The notes beneath the pieces were generated by a model. The model was not told where the DNA came from. It saw nothing but the letters and a program-made list of their open reading frames with translations, and searched no databases. A DNA stretch of 27,470 nucleotides from a virus (Duplodnaviria; Caudoviricetes). The position numbers and the translations under genes are program-made. The stretch spans positions 1 to 27,470 of the IMG/VR virus record IMGVR_UViG_3300008255_000396; one strand, written 5' to 3'. Positions 1 through 9,041 of this stretch are shown piece by piece (positions within the stretch are counted from its first letter, which is position 1; every line of letters starts with the position of its first letter).

Positions 1-261
1 TCAGCAGCAAGGGAAATAGGGTATCTTGAAAAAAGATTTTTCCTGGGTCTTTTTGATGATGACGATTATTGTTTGAGAACTTTAAAAATGGGGTACAAGA
101 TAGTTCACAGGAAAGATGTGTATATACACCACTATCACAACTCAACTTTTATAGAGCATGGTATTAACTATGACCAATTATTAGAAACCAACAGACAGGT
201 TTTTATAGACAAATGGGGTTTTGACCCCTGGAAGAGAAGGGAAAACTTAAAAAAAGTATGA
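1..261 (+). CDS. Glycosyltransferase family 2, C-terminal part (5' truncated by window edge)
   Basis: Frame 1 is open from base 1: SAAREIGYLEKRFFLGLFDDDDYCLRTLKMGYKIVHRKDVYIHHYHNSTF...FIDKWG. This matches the GT2 C-terminal pattern (IGxLDxxF...(E/D)DxDYCxR...G....V.IHH....T). Confidence 0.85.
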   Translation, partial: SAAREIGYLEKRFFLGLFDDDDYCLRTLKMGYKIVHRKDVYIHHYHNSTFIEHGINYDQLLETNRQVFIDKWGFDPWKRRENLKKV

Positions 262-776
262 GTAGAGGTATTCCAATAAGGGATGGGAGCAACAAGACAT
301 TTGTTGTTTTGGGTATGCACAGGTCAGGTACTTCAATTGTTGCAAAGGCTTTACATAAAGTAGGTATTATAATGGGTAAGTTTACTTCAAAAATACCCAA
401 CTTTTACGAGGATACAGACTTTAGTTTATTAAATGACAAGGTGTTAAGTGATGCTGGTGGAGGTTGGGATGATATTCCTGATGAAAAAGAGTTAAAAAAA
501 TCTATGAAAAAATATTCTTCCGATGCCAAAAATTTAGTAAGAAGTAAAAAGAAAAAGTTTTGGGGATTTAAAGACCCAAGGACTATTCTTACTTACGAGA
601 TGTATGAGCCTTTTTTTGAAGACGATACATATCTTGTTTGTGTTTTTAGAAAACCTGAAAAAGTTGTTGAAAGCTTGATGGCTAGAAGTAGGATAACATC
701 ATGGAGGGCAGGTGGATTAGTAAAACATTATAACTATAAAATGATTGATATTATTAGGAAGTTTACAAACCAATGA
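258..776 (+). CDS. Sulfotransferase family protein (short, 172 aa)
   Basis: VLGMHRSGTS resembles the 5'-phosphosulfate-binding loop, WGFKDPRT is a conserved motif, and VFRKPEKVVESL resembles the 3'-phosphate-binding R...S motif. ATGA overlap with the upstream GT. Confidence 0.85.
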   Translation: MSRGIPIRDGSNKTFVVLGMHRSGTSIVAKALHKVGIIMGKFTSKIPNFYEDTDFSLLNDKVLSDAGGGWDDIPDEKELKKSMKKYSSDAKNLVRSKKKKFWGFKDPRTILTYEMYEPFFEDDTYLVCVFRKPEKVVESLMARSRITSWRAGGLVKHYNYKMIDIIRKFTNQ

Positions 777-865
777 CACCTGAAATATTTAAAAATATGT
801 CAAATTATCGGTTTAATACTGTGTATATCTACTTTTGGCAGTCGTTAATAAGTAGTGCTAACTAA
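773..865 (+). CDS. Possible 30-aa small protein (MTPEIFKNMSNYRFNTVYIYFWQSLISSAN)
   Basis: Starts in an ATGA overlap with the sulfotransferase stop and ends 1 nt before the next ATG (867), exactly filling the gap. No recognisable motif. Confidence 0.35.
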   Translation: MTPEIFKNMSNYRFNTVYIYFWQSLISSAN

Positions 866-866
866 A

Positions 867-1565
867 ATGAAAATTTCTGTAGGCTTACCACATATTTCTG
901 AGAGAGTGCATACAAGATTTGCTGACAGTTTAATCGGTATGGTTAATTATTCTTTGGGACAGGGTTTAGAAATTGAGAGGATAAATACTTTCAGAGACAA
1001 CATTGTCTTTGCAAGAAATAAAATCTCATCAATTGCATTAGAAAGAAAGGCTGATTACTTGTTATTTATAGATGACGACATGGTGTTTGAACCAGATGCT
1101 TTAATTAAGTTATTGGACAACAAAAAAGATATTACAGGAGCATTAACCTTTTTAAGGAGAGAACCACACGAACCTTCTATTTATACAAAAAATTCAGATG
1201 GCGAAACCTATGACACTGTTATTATGTGGAAACCCAATAGTTTGATTGACATTGATGCTTTGGGAATGGCATTTACTTTAATAAAGTCTGATGTGTTTAT
1301 TAAGATGAAAAAGATATCTCAATTTAGGAATCAAATATATGGATTTTTTACACACTTCCCCTTGCCAGGTGAGGACTTGAATTTTTGTACAAGGGCAAAA
1401 GAAATTGGATTTGAAATATTTTGTGATACATCAGTGGTAGCAGGTCATATTGTAGAAAAGATAATAAGCTATGGTGATTACATGGCTATGGCAGAAGACA
1501 AAATTTTAAGTCTAAAAAGACATATAGCTCAGAGGAAATATGATGCAAATAAACCGCAAGTGTAA
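867..1565 (+). CDS. Glycosyltransferase, GT-A/GT2-like fold
   Basis: ARN...ADYLLFIDDDMVF (DxD motif), GMAFTLIKSDVF, GEDLNFC and CDTSVVAGH. ATG at 867 preferred over GTG at 855. Confidence 0.85.
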   Translation: MKISVGLPHISERVHTRFADSLIGMVNYSLGQGLEIERINTFRDNIVFARNKISSIALERKADYLLFIDDDMVFEPDALIKLLDNKKDITGALTFLRREPHEPSIYTKNSDGETYDTVIMWKPNSLIDIDALGMAFTLIKSDVFIKMKKISQFRNQIYGFFTHFPLPGEDLNFCTRAKEIGFEIFCDTSVVAGHIVEKIISYGDYMAMAEDKILSLKRHIAQRKYDANKPQV

Positions 1566-1680
1566 TTTTACGGATAATAATGCGGTAATTATAAGTAGGG
1601 TAGGGGAGTCTGTTTTTAGCCTTGAAAATTAAAAACATGCTACACTTACCAGAGTAGGGGATAAGTAGAAAAATAACTAT

Positions 1681-2085
1681 ATGGGTAGACCTAAAAAAAC
1701 ACTTGAAGAGGCTCTTCCAATAAACTGGAAAGAAGTAGTTATTAAGTTTATGAAAAAGGGAGCAAGCCGTCAGGAAATAAAAGCTAAGCTTGATATGTCT
1801 AATGACTTATTTGCAAGGTTTTTGGATGATGAACCTGAATTTGCAGAGACCATAAAAAAAGGTGACTTATTGTGTGAGGCATGGTGGGAAAAACAAGGTA
1901 GGTTAAATTTGCAGAACAGAGAGTTTAATTCTACTTTGTGGTATATGAACATGAGGAATAGATTTAAGTGGAAGAATGAGCAGGAGATTGTCAATAAAAA
2001 TGTTAAGACTGTCAAACATGAATTTACTGGACTAGAGAAATGGTTTGAAGATAAAATCAAAGATGTCAAAACTATTACGAACTAA
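1681..2085 (+). CDS. terS: Terminase small subunit (P22 gp3-like)
   Basis: MGRPKK N-terminus, HTH-like segment, PEFAETIKKG..EAWWEKQGR..FNSTLWYMNMRNRFKW. Lies immediately upstream of TerL. Confidence 0.8.
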   Translation: MGRPKKTLEEALPINWKEVVIKFMKKGASRQEIKAKLDMSNDLFARFLDDEPEFAETIKKGDLLCEAWWEKQGRLNLQNREFNSTLWYMNMRNRFKWKNEQEIVNKNVKTVKHEFTGLEKWFEDKIKDVKTITN

Positions 2086-3625
2086 TGAGGATATCAAACA
2101 AGTTCTTCAGTTAATATATGATACCAAAGACGAAGATGGTCTTTGGATGTTTATTAAAGACGTATTAGGGGTTGAAATCCCAAGGGCTAAGGTATGTGAA
2201 GACCACGATGCACCCTTTGATTTTGTCAGAGATATATTCTTTCAAAGAGTCAAAAATGCCATAGCTGTTGCAAACAGAACTGGTGGTAAAACTTCAAATA
2301 TAGCAATTATAGATACTCTCAATTGGTACTTTTGGAATAATTGCGAGATTGCAACAATAGGAGCCATAGAACAACAAGCCTTCAAATGCTACCAGTATGT
2401 ACAAGATTGGGTTACTAATAAGCATGTTATTAATGAAAATCTCTCAAATTCATTAATGAGTAAAACAGAAGGACACAACGGTTCTGTAGTACAAATATTG
2501 ACAGGTACAATGAGTGGTGTTAATTCCCCACATCCACACAAGGCTTCACTGGATGAGATTGAATTAATGGCATGGAACATATTAATGGAATCTATGTCTA
2601 TGTCTAAATCAGAAGGTGACATCATAGGACAAACAATATTAACTTCATCAAGGAAATTTGCTTTTGGTCCTATGGAAAGAATGTTAAAAGAGGCGGATAC
2701 GAGGGGTTTCAAGGTTTATAAATGGTGTGTAATGGAAACTATAGCTAAACATGATCCTGAAGTGTGCAAGAATTCAGTCTTTAATGAAGATTGTCAAGGC
2801 AGATGTGAGCAATGTTCTGGATACCTTCACCTAGACGATGTCATTTCCATCAAGAGGTCCCTTGATCCTGATACATGGACTTCTCAGTGGCGTAGTCAGA
2901 GACCTATGCTTACAGCTCTCATATACCCTCAATTTAACGAAAGAGTACATGTTGTTTCAAATAAACCTGACTTAGGAAAGAAATTAAAGTTATCAGAGGA
3001 CTTCGGGTTTGCAGAAGGACATGCTGATGTTGTTGGTTTTTTCCAAGACTTTGCTGGAAAAAGGAAGTTGATAGATGAGATATGGGTGGAGGGTAAACAA
3101 GATGATGAAATCATAGATATGGTTGAAGACAAGATTATTGAAATGGGTTTCATACCTGACAGATATAAAAATTTACCTAGAAATAATCACGACTTGAAGC
3201 GTTTACTAAATCAGTCAGTTGAAATATGGTATTGTCCTCCTGAAGAGCCTTCAAAGATAGCCATACGTCAAAGTCGGGGTTACAGAGTAGTTTACCAAGA
3301 AGATGCAAAAATGAGACGTGTTAATAACGGAATTTCTTTGGTCAGGAAGGCCCTTGCAGACAGAGATTCCAATGGTGAACCCATGCTTCAGATTGACCCT
3401 AAGTGTTCTGGTACACTTGGAGAATTAAGTGTATATTCTAATAAGATACGCTCTGACGGAACAATACTTGACGAGCCAGCTAAAGTAAACGACAACGGAC
3501 CTGACATGCTTAGATATTATTACATTAACGAATCACCCATTGAATCTACTCCAGTTTTTTCTAGGTTATCCTCTGTAAACAAAAGCGATACAATGGTTGG
3601 AGACATGCGTTCTCAGCAATTTTAG
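2063..3625 (+). CDS. terL: Terminase large subunit
   Basis: Walker A-like ANRTGGKT, Walker B-like ASLDEIE, LTSS coupling motif, nuclease motifs SEDFGF and NDNGPDMLRY. Lies before the portal. ATG at 2063 preferred over TTG at 2045. Confidence 0.9.
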   Translation: MSKLLRTNEDIKQVLQLIYDTKDEDGLWMFIKDVLGVEIPRAKVCEDHDAPFDFVRDIFFQRVKNAIAVANRTGGKTSNIAIIDTLNWYFWNNCEIATIGAIEQQAFKCYQYVQDWVTNKHVINENLSNSLMSKTEGHNGSVVQILTGTMSGVNSPHPHKASLDEIELMAWNILMESMSMSKSEGDIIGQTILTSSRKFAFGPMERMLKEADTRGFKVYKWCVMETIAKHDPEVCKNSVFNEDCQGRCEQCSGYLHLDDVISIKRSLDPDTWTSQWRSQRPMLTALIYPQFNERVHVVSNKPDLGKKLKLSEDFGFAEGHADVVGFFQDFAGKRKLIDEIWVEGKQDDEIIDMVEDKIIEMGFIPDRYKNLPRNNHDLKRLLNQSVEIWYCPPEEPSKIAIRQSRGYRVVYQEDAKMRRVNNGISLVRKALADRDSNGEPMLQIDPKCSGTLGELSVYSNKIRSDGTILDEPAKVNDNGPDMLRYYYINESPIESTPVFSRLSSVNKSDTMVGDMRSQQF

Positions 3626-3644
3626 TTTATGTTAATATAATTAT
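3610..3644 (+). promoter_or_regulatory. Putative sigma70-type promoter directly abutting the portal start codon
   Basis: TGtTAATAT (3630-3638) overlaps TATAAT (3636-3641). ATG at 3645, no Shine-Dalgarno. Confidence 0.4.
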
Positions 3645-5837
3645 ATGGCTAGTAAAAAGTTACCCAAAAAAGTGGAAACTGTTGAGATGGGTGGAAGTGG
3701 AACAACTGTATATAATGGTGTTGTTTCAGACGTTGAGTATAACTCCGAATTAGATACTGAGTACTCTGGTAATGGGTTAATGATATTTGACAGGATGCGT
3801 AAAAGTGATCCTGTTATTAAGGCTTCACTTCGTATTATTAAAATGGGAATAATGCAAGCTGAGTGGACGTTTGAGCCAGCCTCAGATGATTCTAAGGATA
3901 TGGAGATACGTGACTTTGTTGAGAAAGCATTACTTGAGAAGATGAATGTTGACTGGAAGAAGACACTTGAAGACATACTCACATACCTTGATTTTGGTTT
4001 CTTTGTAGGTGAAAAGGTTTTTAAGGTGGAAGGCGACGAAATTTTATTAAAAAAGATTGCACTAAGAACTCAGAAATCTATTGTTAAGTTTGTTACTGAA
4101 GACGGTAAGGATGGAGTAACTCAATCTTTGGTTGGAGATTTAAAGAAAGCTGACAAAAGTGGTACTGTATCAATACCTCGTGAGAGGATGGTTCTTTTTA
4201 CAAATGAAAGGGAAGGTGACAACTATAGAGGGGTATCAATTCTTCGTTCTGCATACAAGCCTTGGTATCTTAAAGAAAACATAGAAAAGATTGATGCAAT
4301 AGGTTTTGAACGTGCATCTGTAGGTATTCCTGTCTTTAGGATGCCCATGAACCCAACTCCAGAAGATGTTAGTAAAGCCGAAGAGCTTGGTGAAAACATA
4401 AGGTCAAATGAGAAGGCGTACTTAATATTACCTAATGGTTGGGAATTTGAAATTACAACTTCAAAATATGATGGGAAAGCTGCCGATCAAACAATAAGAA
4501 GACTAAACAGAGATATGCTTATGAATGTTCTTGTCCAGTTTCTTGATCTTGGTTCGGGTTCAACTGGTAGTAAGGCACTTTCAGTTGATCAGTCAGATGC
4601 TTTTTATAAGTCACTTCAAGGCATAGCTGACTACGTGGCAAGTGTTTTTAATGATGAAGTAATCCCCCAGTTAGTTAATCTTAATTTTGGTGAAGTTGAT
4701 AACTATCCTAGATTGGTAGCGACAGGAATACAAGAGACTGATATTGAAAAGTTCTCAACAGGCCTTACAAACCTCGTAAATTCACAAGTTATTACTCCTG
4801 ACAATGAACTTGAAGACTTTGTAAGAAGTCAGTTACATCTTCCCAAAAAGTCTGAAGATGCAATAACTAGAGATATTATAAAACCAGAAAAAGAGAAAAT
4901 TGATAGTGATGATGACGAGGATGAATTAGAAGTAAAGACTGCGTCAGAGATGAAGAAATTTCAAGATTTAGTAAAAAAAAATACTTTTTGGAGAGACCTA
5001 ACCTTCGCAGAAGACAAGGTTAACCTTCCCTCACTCACTAAACAGATTGACTTACTTGAGAAAGAAATAAAAAAAGAACTTCCTGAACAACTAACTTCTG
5101 AAGTATCAAACTTACTTAATGATGCACGTTTAGCTATACAATCAAGGGATGCCAAGAGAGTTAATGACATTACCATTAAGTTTAAGGCTGAGTTAAGACA
5201 GTTTATATTGGACAAGATGCGTTCAGCCTACGAAATAGGTAAGCTGTCAGCAAGTAATGAAATGGATGTTAATGCCCCACGCACTTATGACGACATCATT
5301 GATTTATTAACCGTAAAGGCTGATTCAATAGCGTCTAAAGTTACTCAAGATTTGTTAAATAAGGTAAAACTAAATACATTAGAGCATATTGAGAAAGCAA
5401 CTCCAGTTGACGATGCCACATCTTCTTTACAGGGTTTATTAACTAACGAAGTTATACGTCACACTGGATACCTGGCATCAAATGTAACAGTCGGAGGTAT
5501 TAATCAGGGTAGAATATCAGTGTTTGAAGAGTACCCCGAAAAAATATATGCAGTCCAAAGAAGTGAAATACTAGATAGTAGGGTATGTAATTATTGTCTG
5601 TCTATGGATGGAAGAGTTGTGCAGAAAGAAGATATCTTGTTAAAACACGGTCCGTTTCATCACATGTGCCGTGGAATTTGGGTTGAAATACTTAAAGAGG
5701 AAACCGAGAAACCTGAAATCTCTGGAGTGCCAAGCGATTTGAGAGAAAAAATAGGGACACTAGATGAATTTAGTCAGTTATCTAATCCCAACCCCCTACC
5801 AGGATCATTAGCCGATGAGTTTATTAAAACAAAGTGA
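3645..5837 (+). CDS. Portal protein (DUF935/Mu gp29-like) fused to C-terminal MuF-like minor head domain
   Basis: The N-terminal ~400 aa carry portal-type motifs (YRGVSILRSAYKPWYLK, FERASVGIP, GSKALS, VIPQLVNLNF). After an acidic linker comes LDSRVCNYCLSMDG...PFHHMCRG, the CxxC..HxxCR signature of Phage_Mu_F. Confidence 0.85.
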   Translation: MASKKLPKKVETVEMGGSGTTVYNGVVSDVEYNSELDTEYSGNGLMIFDRMRKSDPVIKASLRIIKMGIMQAEWTFEPASDDSKDMEIRDFVEKALLEKMNVDWKKTLEDILTYLDFGFFVGEKVFKVEGDEILLKKIALRTQKSIVKFVTEDGKDGVTQSLVGDLKKADKSGTVSIPRERMVLFTNEREGDNYRGVSILRSAYKPWYLKENIEKIDAIGFERASVGIPVFRMPMNPTPEDVSKAEELGENIRSNEKAYLILPNGWEFEITTSKYDGKAADQTIRRLNRDMLMNVLVQFLDLGSGSTGSKALSVDQSDAFYKSLQGIADYVASVFNDEVIPQLVNLNFGEVDNYPRLVATGIQETDIEKFSTGLTNLVNSQVITPDNELEDFVRSQLHLPKKSEDAITRDIIKPEKEKIDSDDDEDELEVKTASEMKKFQDLVKKNTFWRDLTFAEDKVNLPSLTKQIDLLEKEIKKELPEQLTSEVSNLLNDARLAIQSRDAKRVNDITIKFKAELRQFILDKMRSAYEIGKLSASNEMDVNAPRTYDDIIDLLTVKADSIASKVTQDLLNKVKLNTLEHIEKATPVDDATSSLQGLLTNEVIRHTGYLASNVTVGGINQGRISVFEEYPEKIYAVQRSEILDSRVCNYCLSMDGRVVQKEDILLKHGPFHHMCRGIWVEILKEETEKPEISGVPSDLREKIGTLDEFSQLSNPNPLPGSLADEFIKTK

Positions 5838-5962
5838 ACATAATACGTTGTTGTAACTGCAAGAGATTTTTAGGAAAAGAAGATATCAAAGAAGGAGAAA
5901 TCCAGCTAAAGTGTCGCAAATGTAAGGTTTGGAATGTAGTTACTGTAATAAAGAGAAAGTAA
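5834..5962 (+). CDS. Com-family zinc-finger regulator, 42 aa (not in ORF track)
   Basis: GTGA overlap with the portal stop. MNIIRCCNCKRFLGKEDIKEGEIQLKCRKCKVWNVVTVIKRK fits the Mu Com pattern IRCxxCxxxL...I.IKCxxCxxxN. Confidence 0.8.
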   Translation: MNIIRCCNCKRFLGKEDIKEGEIQLKCRKCKVWNVVTVIKRK

Positions 5963-5970
5963 ACATATTA

Positions 5971-6198
5971 ATGGAACGATTTAGTCAAGATAAAACGATT
6001 AACAAGGCAACTGATTTTGTTGTACAGAAAGAAACAGAATTTGTCAACAAAATGGAACAAAGAGTTAACCGTGGTGAAACTTATGTTGCAGGAGGTTTAG
6101 AAGAAGAAAAGAAGAGACTACAAGAAAAAGGAAGCTTTGATCATGAGGAGGTCTTCATAGGAACAGGAATTTATGTAACTGGACGCAAGGTTAGATAA
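5971..6198 (+). CDS. Hypothetical protein, 75 aa
   Basis: ATG 8 nt after the Com-like stop. The track's TTG start at 5929 overlaps the Com-like gene and is less likely. Charged, no motif recognised. Confidence 0.6.
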   Translation: MERFSQDKTINKATDFVVQKETEFVNKMEQRVNRGETYVAGGLEEEKKRLQEKGSFDHEEVFIGTGIYVTGRKVR

Positions 6199-6200
6199 TG

Positions 6201-6239
6201 TTGACTTGACTAGCCAGTTATTGATGTATAATTTATCTA
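6201..6239 (+). promoter_or_regulatory. Putative sigma70 promoter; leaderless start of fibre gene
   Basis: TTGACT (6201-6206 and 6206-6211) and TATAAT (6227-6232), then ATG at 6240, 7 nt later. No SD. The spacer is 15 or 20 nt, which is non-ideal. Confidence 0.6.
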
Positions 6240-8477
6240 ATGCCAAATACTACTGCTGACTTTCCAGAAAATATACACAGTCCCACTGATACCAGTGAAT
6301 TTGCAAATTCTAATTTAGGAGAAACAAATCCTACACATACACAACTAGAAGGCAAACAGGAAGAAGAAATTGTTGCAATACAAACCGAGTTAGGCGTTAA
6401 TACAAAGACAATAACTGAAGCAACAACCCCCACTGCAACCCCGACAAGTGTTGCCGAATATTTGGACATGGTGGCAACACAACTAAAAGCAATAATTGGT
6501 GGCACTCATTGGTACACCCCAATTTCAAGTACGTTGGCCACTTTGGTTTCACACCTTGCGGATTTGGCAAACCCCCATGCAGTTACCGCAACTCATGTTG
6601 GGTTAGGAAATGTAGATAATACTTCTGACTCAAACAAACCAGTTTCTACGGCTATGCAAACCGCACTAGACGACAAGGTTGATGAAGTGCTTGGTATGGG
6701 ATTGTCTTCTAATGATTTTACTGATTCTGAACAGTTGAAGTTATCAGGTATTGAGGAGGGTGCAAACGATTACTCTTTGCCAACAGCTACTGACCTTATT
6801 TTGGGAGGAATTAAAGTAGGTGCTCGGTTGTCAATTGCCAATGGGGTACTTTCCGCAGATGTTCAAACAACAGACATTACAGGTAAAGCCTCTCTCGCTT
6901 TAGACAACCTTGCTTCAGTTGCCATTAACTCCTCTCTTTTATTTGATACAGACAGTATTTACGACATTGGAGATACAACTCACTATGTGGCAAATATATT
7001 TAGTGACAAGATTTATTTGAATAGTACAGCAAGTTTGGATGGAAGCGGAGCCGGGACTGTAACACTTACTGGAACTCTTACGGCATTAGCTACCTCAATC
7101 ATTACCGATACAACCACTGGTTTAAAGATAGGTACAGGGACAACACAAAAACTTGGGTTCTTCAACGCTACACCAGTTGTTCAACCCACTGCTACGACTA
7201 CTCTCGGAACTGTACTATCAAATTTGGGACTAAGAGCGGCTGGTACAGCTTTCCCGATTTCCACATCAGGAGCGGTATCTTTTACGGGAACTCACACGAC
7301 CCACTCAATGACATTTTCAGCTGACAGTACCTACGACATAGGTACAACTTCGGTTTATGCGAGGAATATCTTTTTAGATAAATTAACACTTAATTCCACA
7401 GCCAGTCTAGATGGAGCAACCGCAGGAAGAATTATTGTTACAGGGCAAGTGTATTCTTCAAATAACTTAGCCGATGCTTATGCTTGGGAAACTGGCGGTA
7501 CTGCTTTTATTGCTGCTCCAAATAGTCCATACAACAAATATCAGGCAGCTTTACGAGGTTTGATTACAAATACTTATTACTCTGGAGATAGAACCAACAT
7601 TATGATTGGTTTGGATTTTGGTTGGTGGCAGGGTTCTGGACACAACGCTTCACAGTTAGTTGCTAACTGGGTTTCAAACCACATAAGCGGTGCAAGCACA
7701 ATCACCAACGGCTATGGTTTTTCACAGGAATTAAATTTTTGGGATGAAGCAGGGCAGTCTATTGAGAGCTATATTCCGTATGGATTTAGCGGTATAACCA
7801 GACAAGATGGAAGTGCAAATGCTGTTACCATAACTAACTGGTATCAGTTCCACATGCCTACGATTTCGGCAACCAACTTGACCATCACGAATAAATGGGG
7901 GGTTTATATAGAAGATACTACGGCTAAAAACTACTTTGGGGGTCAGGTTCAATTTGGCAACGCTATTTCAACTATAGAGTACACCACCGATCATATGAGT
8001 ATAAACAAGGGTGCTGGTGGTGGGGTCTACCTATTTGAGGGTGCAGCCATAGGCGAAGTACCTGTATTAAGAATATACGGTTATGGTACAGAAGAGAGTC
8101 TTTCTTATGGAGAGTTTGGTTTTGCTGATTACGGTGAACTTGAATACTCTGGTACAACAATGTACTTCACTACTGATTTAAGAACTTCTTATGGTATTCA
8201 CTTTGGTCAGTATGTAGCTGATAATGTTTCCGCAGTTTTTGGAGCAGGTGCCGATTCTTCAATTTATTTTGATGGCACAGATTTAGTGATAAACTCAGCG
8301 TTGGTTGGCACAGGCGTATTGAAGTTTATCAACGCAACAAATTGGACAGCAAACGGAACGGCAAATGTTACCATATCCAATGTAGCTCCTGCAGGAGTTG
8401 GAACAGCAACAATCTCAAAATGGTTTACAGTTAAAGACAGTGGCGGTACTGTATATTATTTGCCTGCGTGGACCTGA
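6240..8477 (+). CDS. Fibre-like virion structural protein (head or tail fibre), 745 aa
   Basis: Fibre shaft motifs NPHAVTATHVGLGNVDNTSDSNKPVS, GLSSNDFT..KLSGIEEGAN and LPTATDLILGGIKVG. Thr/Ser/Gly-rich beta-type body with an internal duplication and a short C-terminal tip ending VYYLPAWT. Confidence 0.7.
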   Translation: MPNTTADFPENIHSPTDTSEFANSNLGETNPTHTQLEGKQEEEIVAIQTELGVNTKTITEATTPTATPTSVAEYLDMVATQLKAIIGGTHWYTPISSTLATLVSHLADLANPHAVTATHVGLGNVDNTSDSNKPVSTAMQTALDDKVDEVLGMGLSSNDFTDSEQLKLSGIEEGANDYSLPTATDLILGGIKVGARLSIANGVLSADVQTTDITGKASLALDNLASVAINSSLLFDTDSIYDIGDTTHYVANIFSDKIYLNSTASLDGSGAGTVTLTGTLTALATSIITDTTTGLKIGTGTTQKLGFFNATPVVQPTATTTLGTVLSNLGLRAAGTAFPISTSGAVSFTGTHTTHSMTFSADSTYDIGTTSVYARNIFLDKLTLNSTASLDGATAGRIIVTGQVYSSNNLADAYAWETGGTAFIAAPNSPYNKYQAALRGLITNTYYSGDRTNIMIGLDFGWWQGSGHNASQLVANWVSNHISGASTITNGYGFSQELNFWDEAGQSIESYIPYGFSGITRQDGSANAVTITNWYQFHMPTISATNLTITNKWGVYIEDTTAKNYFGGQVQFGNAISTIEYTTDHMSINKGAGGGVYLFEGAAIGEVPVLRIYGYGTEESLSYGEFGFADYGELEYSGTTMYFTTDLRTSYGIHFGQYVADNVSAVFGAGADSSIYFDGTDLVINSALVGTGVLKFINATNWTANGTANVTISNVAPAGVGTATISKWFTVKDSGGTVYYLPAWT
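6942..7427 (+). repeat. Two diverged copies of a 38-aa (114-nt) module within the fibre gene (6942-7055 and 7314-7427)
   Basis: FDTDSIYDIGDTTHYVANIFSDKIYLNSTASLDGSGAG vs FSADSTYDIGTTSVYARNIFLDKLTLNSTASLDGATAG, 25/38 identical by hand count. Confidence 0.9.
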
Positions 8478-8493
8478 TACTATACTTTACATA

Positions 8494-8508
8494 TGGTACA
8501 ATTAGACC
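8494..8508 (+). promoter_or_regulatory. Extended -10 promoter; leaderless start of HNH gene
   Basis: TGgTACAAT at 8494-8502, ATG 6 nt later at 8509, no SD. Confidence 0.55.
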
Positions 8509-9039
8509 ATGGAAATATGGAAAGATATACAAGGTTATGAGGGCAAATACAGGATTTCAAATACGGGTAGAGTTATAAGTTTACCAAGGAAAAAATGGAA
8601 TGGTAAGACAATGCTAAATATTCTCGGTAAAGAAAAGAATATTTGTCTGGGAAAAATAGGATATAAATGTACGAGGTTATGGAAAAACGGAAAATCACAA
8701 TTAGTTTATATACATAGATTATTAGCAATCCACTTCATCCCTAACCCTGATAACTTACCAGAGGTAAATCATAAAAACGGAAACAAAGGAAATACTTATC
8801 TAAGCAATTTAGAATGGATTTCTCATGCAGGGAATTTAGCTCATGCGGGAGAAAAAGGTTTAATGTCCCACGGTGAGGGGCGTTACAATGCTAAATTAAC
8901 TGATATGAAAGTCAAGGAAATAAGAGAACGGTTTAAGAAAGGTGGAATTACATTGACACAATTAGCAGAAGATTATGGAGTTAACAGGGCAAATATTAGA
9001 CCAATTATTGATGGTAAAAGATGGAAACACGTCACTTAG
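8509..9039 (+). CDS. NUMOD4-HNH homing endonuclease with C-terminal HTH
   Basis: EIWKDIQGYEGKYRISNTGRV (NUMOD4), HRLLAIHFIPNPDNLPEVNHKNGNKGN...NLEW...N..HA (HNH), and NAKLT...TLTQLAEDYGV...KRWKHV (HTH). Confidence 0.92.
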   Translation: MEIWKDIQGYEGKYRISNTGRVISLPRKKWNGKTMLNILGKEKNICLGKIGYKCTRLWKNGKSQLVYIHRLLAIHFIPNPDNLPEVNHKNGNKGNTYLSNLEWISHAGNLAHAGEKGLMSHGEGRYNAKLTDMKVKEIRERFKKGGITLTQLAEDYGVNRANIRPIIDGKRWKHVT

Positions 9040-9041
9040 GT

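Noticed and set aside
1540-1632. 30-aa ORF after the second glycosyltransferase
   Set aside because: Overlaps the GT end by 26 nt, has no motif, and lies in a probable promoter region (TGcTACACT at 1638-1646). Not supportable.
5521-5837. MuF polymorphic toxin with immunity gene
   Set aside because: Only about 50 aa follow the MuF motif with no toxin signature, and the next gene is a Com-like finger.
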